A DNA stretch of 64,000 bases from the human T2T-CHM13v2.0 reference genome, Homo sapiens. How positions within the stretch are numbered: the first letter of the stretch is position 1; each line of letters opens with the position of its first letter. Under the pieces are notes generated by a model. It made no database searches and was not told the origin of the DNA. It was given only the letters and a program-made list of their open reading frames with translations. This document shows, one piece after another, positions 51,641-64,000 of this stretch. The DNA lies in NCBI RefSeq assembly GCF_009914755.1, contig NC_060947.1; one strand, 5' to 3'. Position numbers and translations under genes: made by a program.

Positions 51641-53653
51641 CAGTTCAAGAAAAAGTACCCTTGAATTCAGTCTTTTCTTTCAGAGGACAAATTTAACACA
51701 GCTTATCCATTTTATGCCAGCAAGTTATCTCTTAGCTTAGCCATTGGAATATAGCACTTTTGTCCTGGTATTCAGTTCTACCATGATCTTTTTAGCTCCA
51801 CAGATCATCAGGACCACATCCTAATGTGCACTTTAATTTGAGTGCTTTAACGAGTATGCTGCCTATTCGCCATTGTCAACGACCTAAATAATTATTAATG
51901 CTTCTAAGCACCCAGGGCTCTGAATCTCACCACTAAAATATGTAACTTAGTTTCATATGCTTTACTTACTTAAAAAAGGGGGAAAATCCTGAAGTAGAAA
52001 AAAATAAGAGGTACTAAAGCTCAGTTGTTTTCAGAATTTACAGACTTTGCAAATGCATACAGTTGTTTTTCATGTAGTGTGTTGTCATTTACAATCCCAA
52101 CAGTTTATTAGCTATATTCAGATCTCAGGTGGAGGGAGATAATCTGACACAGAGATTGCCTTAAATCATGGAGGTGTAGTAAATTCAGGAAAATAACCTC
52201 AAACATATCCTTTTCCTTCTCAAAAAAATCAAAACCTGGCTTTCCTACAAGATTTGGCTTCTCCAGAGGAGGATGTGCCTCTTCCCACTGCTCCAGGTTC
52301 TTGAACTTCATCACATTTATTTCAACTACCCTGTCTCTTTCCTCAGAAATGTTCATCTCCTCAGAGCCCTCGTCCATCTTCTTCAACATCTTTTCCATCC
52401 TGATCTACCACTGTCGTCAGGATCTGGACCTCACCCCTCTGCTGATAAGCTCAGCAACGTTGGTCTCATCAACTCCATGAACTGTACTCCCTACCCCTCA
52501 GTGATCTCCAAGTAAAATCTTCAGCAGCTCGCTGGGAGGCACCATGTTAGATGTAGAAATTGCTTGAAAGTATTTTACTTCCATGATATCCAACTTTTGA
52601 ATTTTCCCGACTGTGATCTCCAAATTTTTCGCCATAAAACTCACCCACACCCCTGACTTTTCCTTTCTGTCCTATCCATTTTGGTTAAGGCACTTTGCCT
52701 CCCTTTATTCTACCCTCATGGAAGAGCTCAAGTATGAAATGAATTCCTGAACACATCATCATATCAGGCAATAGAGCTGTAAGTGTATGTAATCAAGGAG
52801 TCACAGGTCTTTTCTATTCTGTGAGGTAAGATTGAGAGGACCAAGTATATAACCAGTTTAGGTCCCAGGGAAAAGTAAGGAGAGAGGATGGAGCTGACTC
52901 CTACTGGGCCTTTACAGAGAAAGAGAAATGAGGAAGGGGGACCAAGTATTTGTGGCCTTCATAAAACCCTCTATTGTCTAGCCAGACACAGCAGGAAAAA
53001 CCAATGAGCAGCTGGCTAGGAACCCCTGTCCTAGCCATTCATTACCACTGTAAAATGCCCTACTCTTGTTTTGACCTTTGATCATTTATGCCTCATCAGC
53101 TCCACCTTTCTTAGAACCTAGTCCTAGGCAGAGAACATTGCTAAGAATGAGAACAGAACATGTGGACCATTTCCTCAACAAATTCATCCAACTTTTGCCT
53201 AAGGCTTCCTTCTTACTTGGTAATGTTTCAAAATTGTCTTCACTTTCCTTAATCCTCATTCATTTTAAGATTACCTAGTCTTTCATTTCATTGAAACAGA
53301 AGTTTTCCACCTTCCCTTCTCTTGGCCTAAAATGGTTTCTCAAAATTACCCAATGCATTTATAGTGACCCAATGGACTGTGATTTATTTTAATTTCCATT
53401 GAGCTCTCTTTAGCATTTCACCTTTTTGTCACATCTTCCTTGAACCTCCCTACTTATCCATCCTTTACTATCCCATTACCCAAATGGAGGTCTTTTCCAA
53501 GGCACTGGATCGAAGCACCTGTGTTATAGATTTTATAGATTTCTCATCTCACACCCTTCAGCAATCAATTCTATGAAACTCATTCTCAAATCTCTCCAGT
53601 TTGCCCACTTACTTCAAGTATAGATCTGTATCTTAATTTCTTTTGGGACATGA

Positions 53654-54085
<432 letters not shown>

Positions 54086-54415
54086 CCCTGGCAAGTCTAT
54101 TTTTATAGAATAGTCTCACAGTCCTCTCCTCCCACATCTCTCAAGTGCAGGCCCTCAGAACTCACCAATCTTGGCCTTGGCAATTGCCTCCTAACTGGTC
54201 TTCTCACCTATACAAGTTTTCTGTGGGCCAGATAGAGCTGCCAGAATACACCTTTTTAGAATTTTCTTTTTAGACTTTTTTCGCCTGGTATATGATTTTC
54301 AGTGGCTCCCTGATACCAAGATGAGTCAAACACTTACGGCCAAATATTCATGTCCCTGTAATACGACTCTACCTTTCTTCAGACAACAAAATCTGAGAGT
54401 AGCTAGGACACTTAC

Positions 54416-54539
54416 CCATGGAGTCCGAAGTTTGACTGCCAACCACTCGGAGCAGCATAGGCTGACTGCTGTCGGACCTCTGTAGAGAGGTAGAAGGAGA
54501 GGACACCGTTGTGCCATTCACTTTGGCCTCTGCCTGGGG
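54416..54539 (-). CDS. DMD: Dystrophin exon 76 (124 nt): PQAEAKVNGTTVSSPSTSLQRSDSSQPMLLRVVGSQTSDSM(G)
   Basis: Acceptor gacttag|CCCCAG, donor CCATGG|gtaagt. Phase 0 start matches the end of exon 75; peptide recognised as dystrophin. Confidence 0.98.
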
Positions 54540-55399
54540 CTAAGTCATCCAAAAGAAAACAGAATTACTTTTCATAATAAACATACAAATGTATAAATTT
54601 CAAAATATGATACACACTCAGGACTCATAAATTTTGACCCTTCCTACTTTAGAAGCCCTCCCAAAGATTGTTTAATTTGGGATATTTCACTGTTGATATA
54701 ATCCATAGAAACTGTCTTTGTATCTGAATTGTGCTCCCTTATAAATTTGAGAAAAAAATCAGAGCTACACTGGAATGAGACTATACATCATTACATTAAA
54801 TAACTGGAAGATTTAGAAGGTCATGTGTGAATGATGAGACTATGTGAGATCTCAAAACTGTAATGGAAGATTCATATCTTTGTGAAGTATTAAGTAACAA
54901 GATAGAGAGAACATAATTGAAAAATTTAAAATTCCCAGAAAGCCAGAACTATGTCCAGGTAGGTCCTCTTACAATGCAGTATCTTGCTAGGTTTTCGATG
55001 GAGGCTTAAAGAACTATGTGTTAGGGATTAGGAGAAAAAAAACACAAAGGTATACCAGAAAATATAACTAATTGTAAATGAAATAGTTCCATTTCAAGAA
55101 GTGAAATATTCACTTTTAGAGAACTAGTGGAAACCTTTAGGCGTTTTTTTCCCCAAGATGTATTTCAAATTGGTCAAGAAAAAACCATTTTGGTAGGAAA
55201 CAATATTGGACAAATACAAAAAAGACACACTAGTTTTTCTATCTCCTCTACTTCTATCCTTTGATACTATCACTTTGCAGGCACATACCAAGCACTTAAG
55301 AATTGATGCTTGTTGCACCTATAAAAAGTGCTCTCTGAGGTTTAGTTTTGTTTAAGAGGGAAAAATGAATGTTTGTAAAAATCCCATCTCTCTCCTCAC

Positions 55400-55643
55400 T
55401 TGCTCCAGCAGCTGCCTTAGCCTGTGTAACTGTGACTCCAGCTGTTTATTGTGGTCTTCCAGGATTTGCATCCTGGCTTCCAGGCGGCCTTTGTGTTGAC
55501 GCAGTAGCTTGGCCTCAGCAATGAGCTCAGCATCCCGGGGACTCTGGGGAGAGGTGGGCATCATTTCAGGAGGGGACGGCAGTGGGGACAGGCCTTTATG
55601 TTCGTGCTGCTGCTTTAGACGGTCATATTCTGCTTGCAGATTC
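55400..55643 (-). CDS. DMD: Dystrophin exon 75 (244 nt): (R)[82 protein letters not shown]-terminal coiled-coil region
   Basis: Translation recognised as dystrophin C-terminal domain. Acceptor ccaatag|GAATCTG follows a long pyrimidine tract; donor GAGCAA|gtgagg. Confidence 0.98.
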
Positions 55644-55989
55644 CTATTGGCATCAAAAAAGTAAAAAAGAAAAAAAAAGAAAAAGAAAAAGAAGAAAAAA
55701 AGTAATTTGAATATCATCACCAAATTTTATATACCATGGTAGATAGATGCATCTGACTGCCACCGAAGAACAGCAAGCAAAAGAGGCACTAATGAATGGT
55801 TTTAATGATGACAATCTTACCAGTGCTAAAAGAACAAAACAAAATTTGAAGCTTTTGCCTGGTGTGTGAAGGGAGCCATGCTTTTCAATTTTTTATGTTA
55901 CACTAAAAGCCTCGCGACTGGTATGTTCAGATAAGTAAGCAGCAAAGGATTTAATCACTTTGTAAATATTTCTTTATAATGTCATGAGA

Positions 55990-58490
55990 TTAAAAATTTT
56001 ATACCTCTATCAACACTTTGGTTTGCTCTAAACATTAGCAAATATTTTCAACAGAAATGTATAAGAATGGAGTAAGTATACCCATGTTCCTATCACCTCC
56101 CCTTGATAAGTTTATCATTTGCCATATTTTCTTCAAAAGTTTTTTGAAGAAAGAAAAGTTAACAGCCAAAGCAGAAGCTCCCTCACATGCCCGCCTCAAC
56201 ACCATACCATTCTCTCCTCCCCGCTGCCCTCAAGGAGATAATGCCACACTGAATTTCATGCCCAGTGTTACCATGAATGTATCAACAAATACTAGGTTGA
56301 GCTTAAAAAAGATGCTGATGTTTGCCTGTATTTTTCTTTCACCTACAAAAACACCCATTTTATGTGATTCAATCTAATAACATTATTTTGCATGTTTTTA
56401 AACTTTAAATTTAAGAACTTCACATTTAAGAATATACATACCATTCTAAGAGTTGCTTTTTGCCTTCAACACCATTTTGGAGATTTCTCCAGGTCGATAC
56501 ATAATAGTTTGCTATTTTAACTGCCATAAGGTATTATTATTCTGTTGCTTGAATATGCCAACATTTTCCTGTCCATGGACATTTAGGTTGTTTCCAACTT
56601 TTCACTATTATAAACAATGATACAATGAAATTCTTTTTTATACCTATCTCCTTGGATACCTGTTGAAGAGATTCTTTACAGAATATAGTTTGATGTGGAA
56701 TTGTTGGATCTTAGCAACATCTTCAACATTGCTACATGTCACCGAATCGCTCTGGGTGACAAATCGGTGCTTTTACCAATTTACTCTCGCTTCAGTAGTG
56801 AATGAGGTTTTCCATTTGGCCCACCTCCTCACCAAATACTTGGTGTTATCAGACATTCAAGTTTTAGTTAACCTGATGGGTGCATTTTAATTTGCACATA
56901 CATCCCGGATTACTGGCAAGGTTAGACTTCTTCCATGTTAACTGGCTTTTCATGCTTCCTTTACCCATTTTCCTGCTGGATTGTCTTTTTCTTTTTAAAC
57001 CTTTGGATATGTTCTAGATGCTAATCCATTGTTAGTTATGTGCATGGCAAATATGATCTTCTACCCTTATCTTAGTGTAGCTTATCTTTAACTTTGCTTA
57101 TGGCATCCTATGGTATAAAAGATGTAAATTTTAACATATCCCTGTATGTTCTCTGCTTTTTATGTTTTGTTCACGAAAATCTTTTCTTACACCTACATTT
57201 TAAAGTTTAAAATTTGGTTTTTCACATTTAGGACTTGAATTTACCCAGAATCTATTTTTGTGCTTGCCGTGAACATGCGATCTAATTTTACTTTTCCCCC
57301 ATGGATAAACTATGAAGCCAGCCTCATTCATTGTATGGTCCATCTATTTCCCACTGATCTCTAACGATGCTTCCGCAAAACATCAAGTGTCCATAAATAT
57401 ACAGGTGTGCTTCTGAGCTCTGTATTCTAGTCTGTGGTTCTATCTGCATATCCCTGGTAGATCCCACACTCCAGCTTTAAATCAATTGATGTCTGATAGG
57501 CCTTCTCAGCCCACTTTGTTTTTCCTCAAAATTGTCTTGACTATTCTGACCCCTTTGATCTTCTCCATGATTTTAGTGTTTGGTTTTCTGATTTTATGAA
57601 AATGCTTGTTGAAATTTTGAGTTTGAATTACATTGAATTCATAGGTTAAACTGGGAAGAACTAAGTTCATAATAATTGAGTCTTCACATCCAAGAATGCA
57701 GTGAAGCTCCTTACTTACTATGGTCTCATTTTATGTCCATTAATAATGTTTTACTTGTTACTCTTTTTTTTCCTCTTGCTTTACAGGTTGAATAAGTCAT
57801 TGATTTTTTATTTTTAATGAACACATTTAGGGTTATACATTTCCTCCTTGGTACCACTTTAATTATATACCAAAAGTTTTTATATACATCACCTGATTCA
57901 ATTCAGTGCCTTATGTTTTGTAATTCTTACTGTGATTTCTTTTAACTTAACCCATAGTCATTTAGGAGCACAGTGGTTATATTTCCATTTTCACTTCTTA
58001 GTGCATTTCTAATTTAATTGCGTTTCAATCAGAGAACCCCTGTATGATACTGATCCTTTGAAATTTAGCAATACTTCTTTTTGTGACCTAGTTCACAGTC
58101 ACTTTCTAAAAATGTTCATTGAGTACTTGAAATAATGTGTATTTTTCCATTGGAAAGATGGAGTCTCTAAATACATAGTGTGCTGATTTTGTTGTTAAAA
58201 TTGTCCATATCTTTATTAATTTTTGATTATTTGTAGCTATCAATTTTTGTTAGATGAGTGTTGAGATATAATTATGGATTTGTTAGTTTCTCCTTTTAAT
58301 TCTATCATAATTCACTTTATATATTTCTAGACCTATATAGTTAGATGCACAGAAGATCCTCGTTGTTCTTGCACTGTTTCTAGGTAGTATACTTTTTCTT
58401 CCTAATAATGTTGATTGCCATAAATTTTATTCCATTTAAAGGTTTCTATGGTTATTCCACTGTCTTTTGGTTATATTTGGTTAATTTCCA
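55990..58490 (-). mobile_element. Highly diverged L1 (L1ME-like) in intron 74
   Basis: Antisense L1 motifs (atggacatttaggttgtttccaacttttcactattataaacaatg; tttggatatgttctagatgctaatcc); T-rich. Confidence 0.75.
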
Positions 58491-60227
58491 AATAAATATA
58501 AACAGTATTAGCACATGTGAAGGTCCCAAATGCTTTAGGATTTACTGAGAATACAATTCCAATTGAGGACATTTCTGATATTTGATATCCAGTGACTGAT
58601 TAGAACTCTTGACATCTTTCTTCTAGTTGTGATAAATACCAAAATAAGATGACAGATTTCTGTTGTTCACAGATGATATTTCATCAGGTGAGAGAAATTC
58701 CTATCCACAAATGTGGGAGATCTATATCAATGAGAAAAGAGATGAAATGTAAGTAGTGAGTAGCCAAGAAGAGTTTTCCCATTGTCCAGTTTGAGAAAGC
58801 AAGATCATCTCATCACCAGGTCTGCTAAATATTTTCTGTTGTCCCATACTCGGAATGAACATTCCACAGGGGACGGCATGTCTTCCAAAATGCTCAGTTT
58901 CAAAAGGCTAGATCTCCACATGGAAGCAGAAAGAAAACCCAATCTACTCTGGTTTTTTTCTTTGTTTTGTTTTGCTTCATTTTTTTCATTCTACCTAGTA
59001 CCTAACATTACAAGGTTTCCAGGAATTTATTTAAAGTCACACAGAAAATCAATGTATGATCTTTTTCATCTACAGAAATAGAATCTCCTATCTGTACTGA
59101 TTGAAATCCTATTGCTATCAGCCTTCAAGGGTAGTTGTTTGTATAGTTTATTTCATAGCAATCTGCTTTGACAAAGCAGTGATGAGAAGAGATTCATCGA
59201 AGTAAGTACACCTTCAGTCAGATTCTGCACACGGGTCTTCTGGGTGTGCACCGATGTATGTAACTGTCCACATTAATTAAATCTAATTTCTGAGAACTTA
59301 ACTGGCAATCAGTTCAATGTTTCTGTGAACTTGAAGCAGTATCCAATGTTCACAAGGTCTCATTCCATAGGAATTACTTTCTATTTTTCCCTCTTCATTA
59401 AAAGAAAACTTCAACAAAATGTTCTAACTGGCAACACTTTTTATGTAGAATCCTATTCAAATTTTTCTTTCTACCAGATTGGGGCAGCCATGGTGTTCCT
59501 TTTGAAAACAGTTTTTAGACATGGACCTCAAGATGGTACAACAAGCCATTACTGTCTTCCCACCTATTTTTCACAAAGGTGCTGACAGGAGACTGCCTTT
59601 TCTAGAGAGATCTTCCTTGGTATCTTGATCCTGTGGGTTTAGTTGTCCACAGGGCTCTTCTTTTATGATTTATTTATAAGGACCCTTGTTCAAGAGGCAT
59701 GGTTTGGTATATACAACACATTACATTTCTGTTTTGGTGGTTTCCAGTGAAAACAGAAAAGGCTCATTTTAATCAGCCAAAGCTGAGCTGTAAAGAATAT
59801 CAATTGCTCAATGCAGGCCTTTCTTTCCTTCCCAGATGTTTGAAATTTCTCTTGGGAGCACATTTCCTTCAAGACTCACATCCTTCTTCAATTCTGGAAG
59901 ATTCTCAGCTATGACAGCTTCAAATATTACTTCTCTACCATTTCCTCCATTTTCTTCTGAAACCTCTCAAATACACTCCTAAACAAACCTCTAAATTCTA
60001 GTAAGGTATATTGTAGAGCCTGTGGTCAATTCTCCATTTCTCCTAATTGCTCATTTATATTTCTTATCTTTTTCTGTGAGTGTTGTACACAGTAACATTC
60101 TCAGCATCATCTTCTAATTCCCTTGCCTTCTCTGACAGGACAAAGTCTAGAATTTATCCTGTATATTGAGTTTAGTAACTTCAATGACTAGTTTTTTTGG
60201 CAAAGATATCTTTGTTTTCAGACCTAG

Positions 60228-60584
<357 letters not shown>

Positions 60585-60653
60585 TGAGCATCTTAAATGT
60601 AAGTAAAAATCTTTGTTGTACTAGTGTATTATTTTGCTTTCTTCTAGAATTAA

Positions 60654-60959
<306 letters not shown>

Positions 60960-62390
60960 TAATTCACTTTTTGATGTTTAACTTGGGTGGGGGGTGCTAT
61001 CCCATTTCTTCATGTATTTTGGATCGTTGATTTGGAGACAAATTTTGCAAGGGATGTTTTGCATGTGCATACATATGCATGTGTATGTTTTCTATTATTC
61101 TCATGTGTGTGTACTTTAATATTTTCCTCTCTTTTTAAACTCATTATCTCTCTCTCAGGTGGTTTTATGGCTTCTCCCAGCCATACCCAGGGGCTTAGAG
61201 TTTAGAGCCACATCTGTTGGTAGTTTGCAGCTCCTACACTGAGTGATACAGAGATATCACTCATTTCATTGCCAGGCAGTAGGTAGATTGGTTCAGGTCC
61301 TGGTTTCAAGGCTGTGATGCTCTCTTTCCCAACTGCGAATCTTTGCCTCTTCCCTCGGCTCTATGCATTAGGGCCATAGCTGCATATAAGCTGTAGACCC
61401 TTGCAGCAAACTGTTTCTTTTCATGTTGCTTTTAAGTGTAAGTGTGTATGTGTCTCTCTCTAGGTGTGTTTTTGTGGGGCTCTGATTTCAAATAGTAATC
61501 CTGGCTTTGGGCCACTACCTTGTAAGGAGAATTTTAATCCCTGTTACTACAGCACGAGCTGAAAGCCCACTAATTTAGCCCCACTTACTTTTTTTTTTTT
61601 CTTTCACATTTCTGGTTCACAGAGATGTTCATCTTGCTTTAAAGCCCAGCTATGTCTTTTTCATTTTTCACTCCATATATTATCTACCACTGGATAAATG
61701 GTAGGAGCAGAGAAAGATGCCTTCAAGCAAGAGCTAATGTTATCTTAATCAGAAGCCTACCAGGACACATTGATTTTGTAGATGTATAGTCAAGGTTCCC
61801 TCAGTATTAATTCAAGCCTTAATTCATCAGGCCAGGATTAAATGAGTCGAACAAGTGCTTTTCTTCTAAACAAACATATGACATACAGAAACCTCTTATT
61901 AAGCTCAATAGCAAACTTGATTTTGAGGGACTAGTTTTTCCTCCTGAAGCTCTGAGATAGGACAAGCTGTCATGATAAGGATTCTAAAAGCCAGAAATGG
62001 TTAAAAGAGGTATCTTGGCCTGCAACCAAATGAAATAAGGTTTTTTGATTTGAGTCTGAATTCTCTTTTAAGGTATTTCTAAATGTTCATGAGAATTATC
62101 AAGAAGAACTGATGCTGGAGGGTTTGAACTAGAGATGATTTTTACTAAATGTTTTCTAATAAATGCAGTCATAGTCACAGAGCTGTGTTAGGGCATATTT
62201 TTGTTAGGGGTTGGGAAATTGAGCCATTTAGCCCTTATCAATTACGCATTTGAATTTTCTTATATTTAAAAACATCTATGCCAATACTTTTTGAGGTATA
62301 CCATAATGTTAGTTTTGATGCAGTATTAACGTAGGGGAGATCATTCTCATAAATGATCAAGGTTCCCTCAGAGTTACTGTTCCAAGGTAA

Positions 62391-62714
<324 letters not shown>

Positions 62715-63819
62715 TCTAATGTTTAACAAGTACACAATGCACTCGTTTTAACAGCTGTCAATTATTACCAATACATATTTTGCTTTTCTTGAAGGTATAC
62801 ACGTACATCTCACCCCTAATGATTCTCTAATTGTTAGAATGTAGTCATGAAGTCATTTCAATACAGATGAATATATGTCAGTGATCAGACAACGACTCCA
62901 CAGAGAATCTATTTACGTTCTTGATTATCTTGTAAATTATATTTCTCTGGTAGCTCCCTAAGGAACATTAATTCAAATTCAATACACATGGCTTCTGTCA
63001 CTACAATTTCTTCCTGTAGCCAGTCATCCTAAAAAAAGTCTTCCATCCAGTATTTCTTATTCTCTATAGAGCTAAGAATCCCCCCATTCTACAAATATGT
63101 AGATATATCTGATTAATTTTATGTCATAAAGAATATAAACTCTGTTGTCTACATACAAATTTACACTCAAAAAAACTTCCCAACCAACTAATGGACATAA
63201 GAGATTAATCAAATTGGCAAGGCTTGTTCCCTTAACTCAACCTGCTGAAAACATGAAAGCAGCTGGCCCTTTTAGCAATGATTTATGAGTGCCTCTCTAG
63301 CAATCGTAACTATTATGTATGATAAAGAACATTACAACAATCTCTGTGTAATTTAAACTAATTTACAAAGGTCAAATGATTTCAGTGTAAGTCATCTACT
63401 CTTTAAATGGAGCTTCCCTACTACGTGTAGTTATATAGTTGTATAATGATATTTATGAAATAAAGAAATGAAGGTCACTTTCCAGTGATCAATGTTTTCT
63501 TAACAGTATCATACATTTAACTGTATACCAAAGCATGAGCACACACAGGGATTATTTTGTAAAGTAGAACAACTACAAAGATTGCCATCTAAAAGGAATA
63601 GATCCAAAGAAATCTGGCTTTACCCTCATATAATATTAAAAGCAGCTAAATCATATCCACCAATCTAAATTCAGGCAAATGTAGTAAATCATACAGAACT
63701 ATTACAGCAGCTATAAATGTAGCCAATCAGCAGTTTTTTTTTAAATGAAAGACAAATTCTGCAAGCAAGATGAACTTTAAAAACTGGAAATTGCATTGAG
63801 CCCTTGAAATTACAATAAA

Positions 63820-64000
63820 GCTCAGTGCAATGGCTCACACCTGTAATCCCAGCACTTTGGGAGGTTGAGGTGGGAGGATCACTTGAGCTCAGGAGTTCAA
63901 GACCAGCCTGGGCAACATAGGGAGACACCCCCACCATCTTTACAAAAAAATTGAAAAAAATTAGCCATATGTCGTGACACATGCCTGTAGTCTCAGCTAC
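63820..64000 (+). mobile_element. Alu (AluJ-like), cut by the window end
   Basis: Left monomer and the start of the right monomer. Confidence 0.92.

Noticed and set aside
55352-55723. 123-aa ORF as a stand-alone gene
   Set aside because: It is DMD exon 75 plus intronic flanks; the poly-Phe is the pyrimidine tract.

Overview
Mammalian, almost certainly human, genomic DNA holding the 3' end of the dystrophin gene (DMD) on the minus strand. The window covers part of intron 74, exons 75, 76, 77 and 78, and terminal exon 79 with its ~2.7 kb 3'UTR and poly(A) signal, plus ~27 kb of repeat-rich downstream sequence. The exons were read directly from the sequence (244, 124, 93, 32 and ~2703 nt, GT-AG boundaries) and translate to the dystrophin C-terminus ending ...GRNTPGKPMREDTM*. 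The rest is mostly Alu, L1, L2, MIR, MaLR/ERV LTRs and DNA-transposon fossils, with subfamilies called by eye. This is a well-studied locus and I see no new protein-coding gene. Three leads stand out. (1) A strong 3' splice site ~21 kb beyond the canonical end, followed by a same-strand ERV1-class solo LTR carrying AATAAA, forms a candidate alternative last exon. (2) Competing splice sites around the 32-nt exon 78 could give several different C-termini. (3) An L2 end in intron 76 carries a perfect 20-bp fold-back hairpin.
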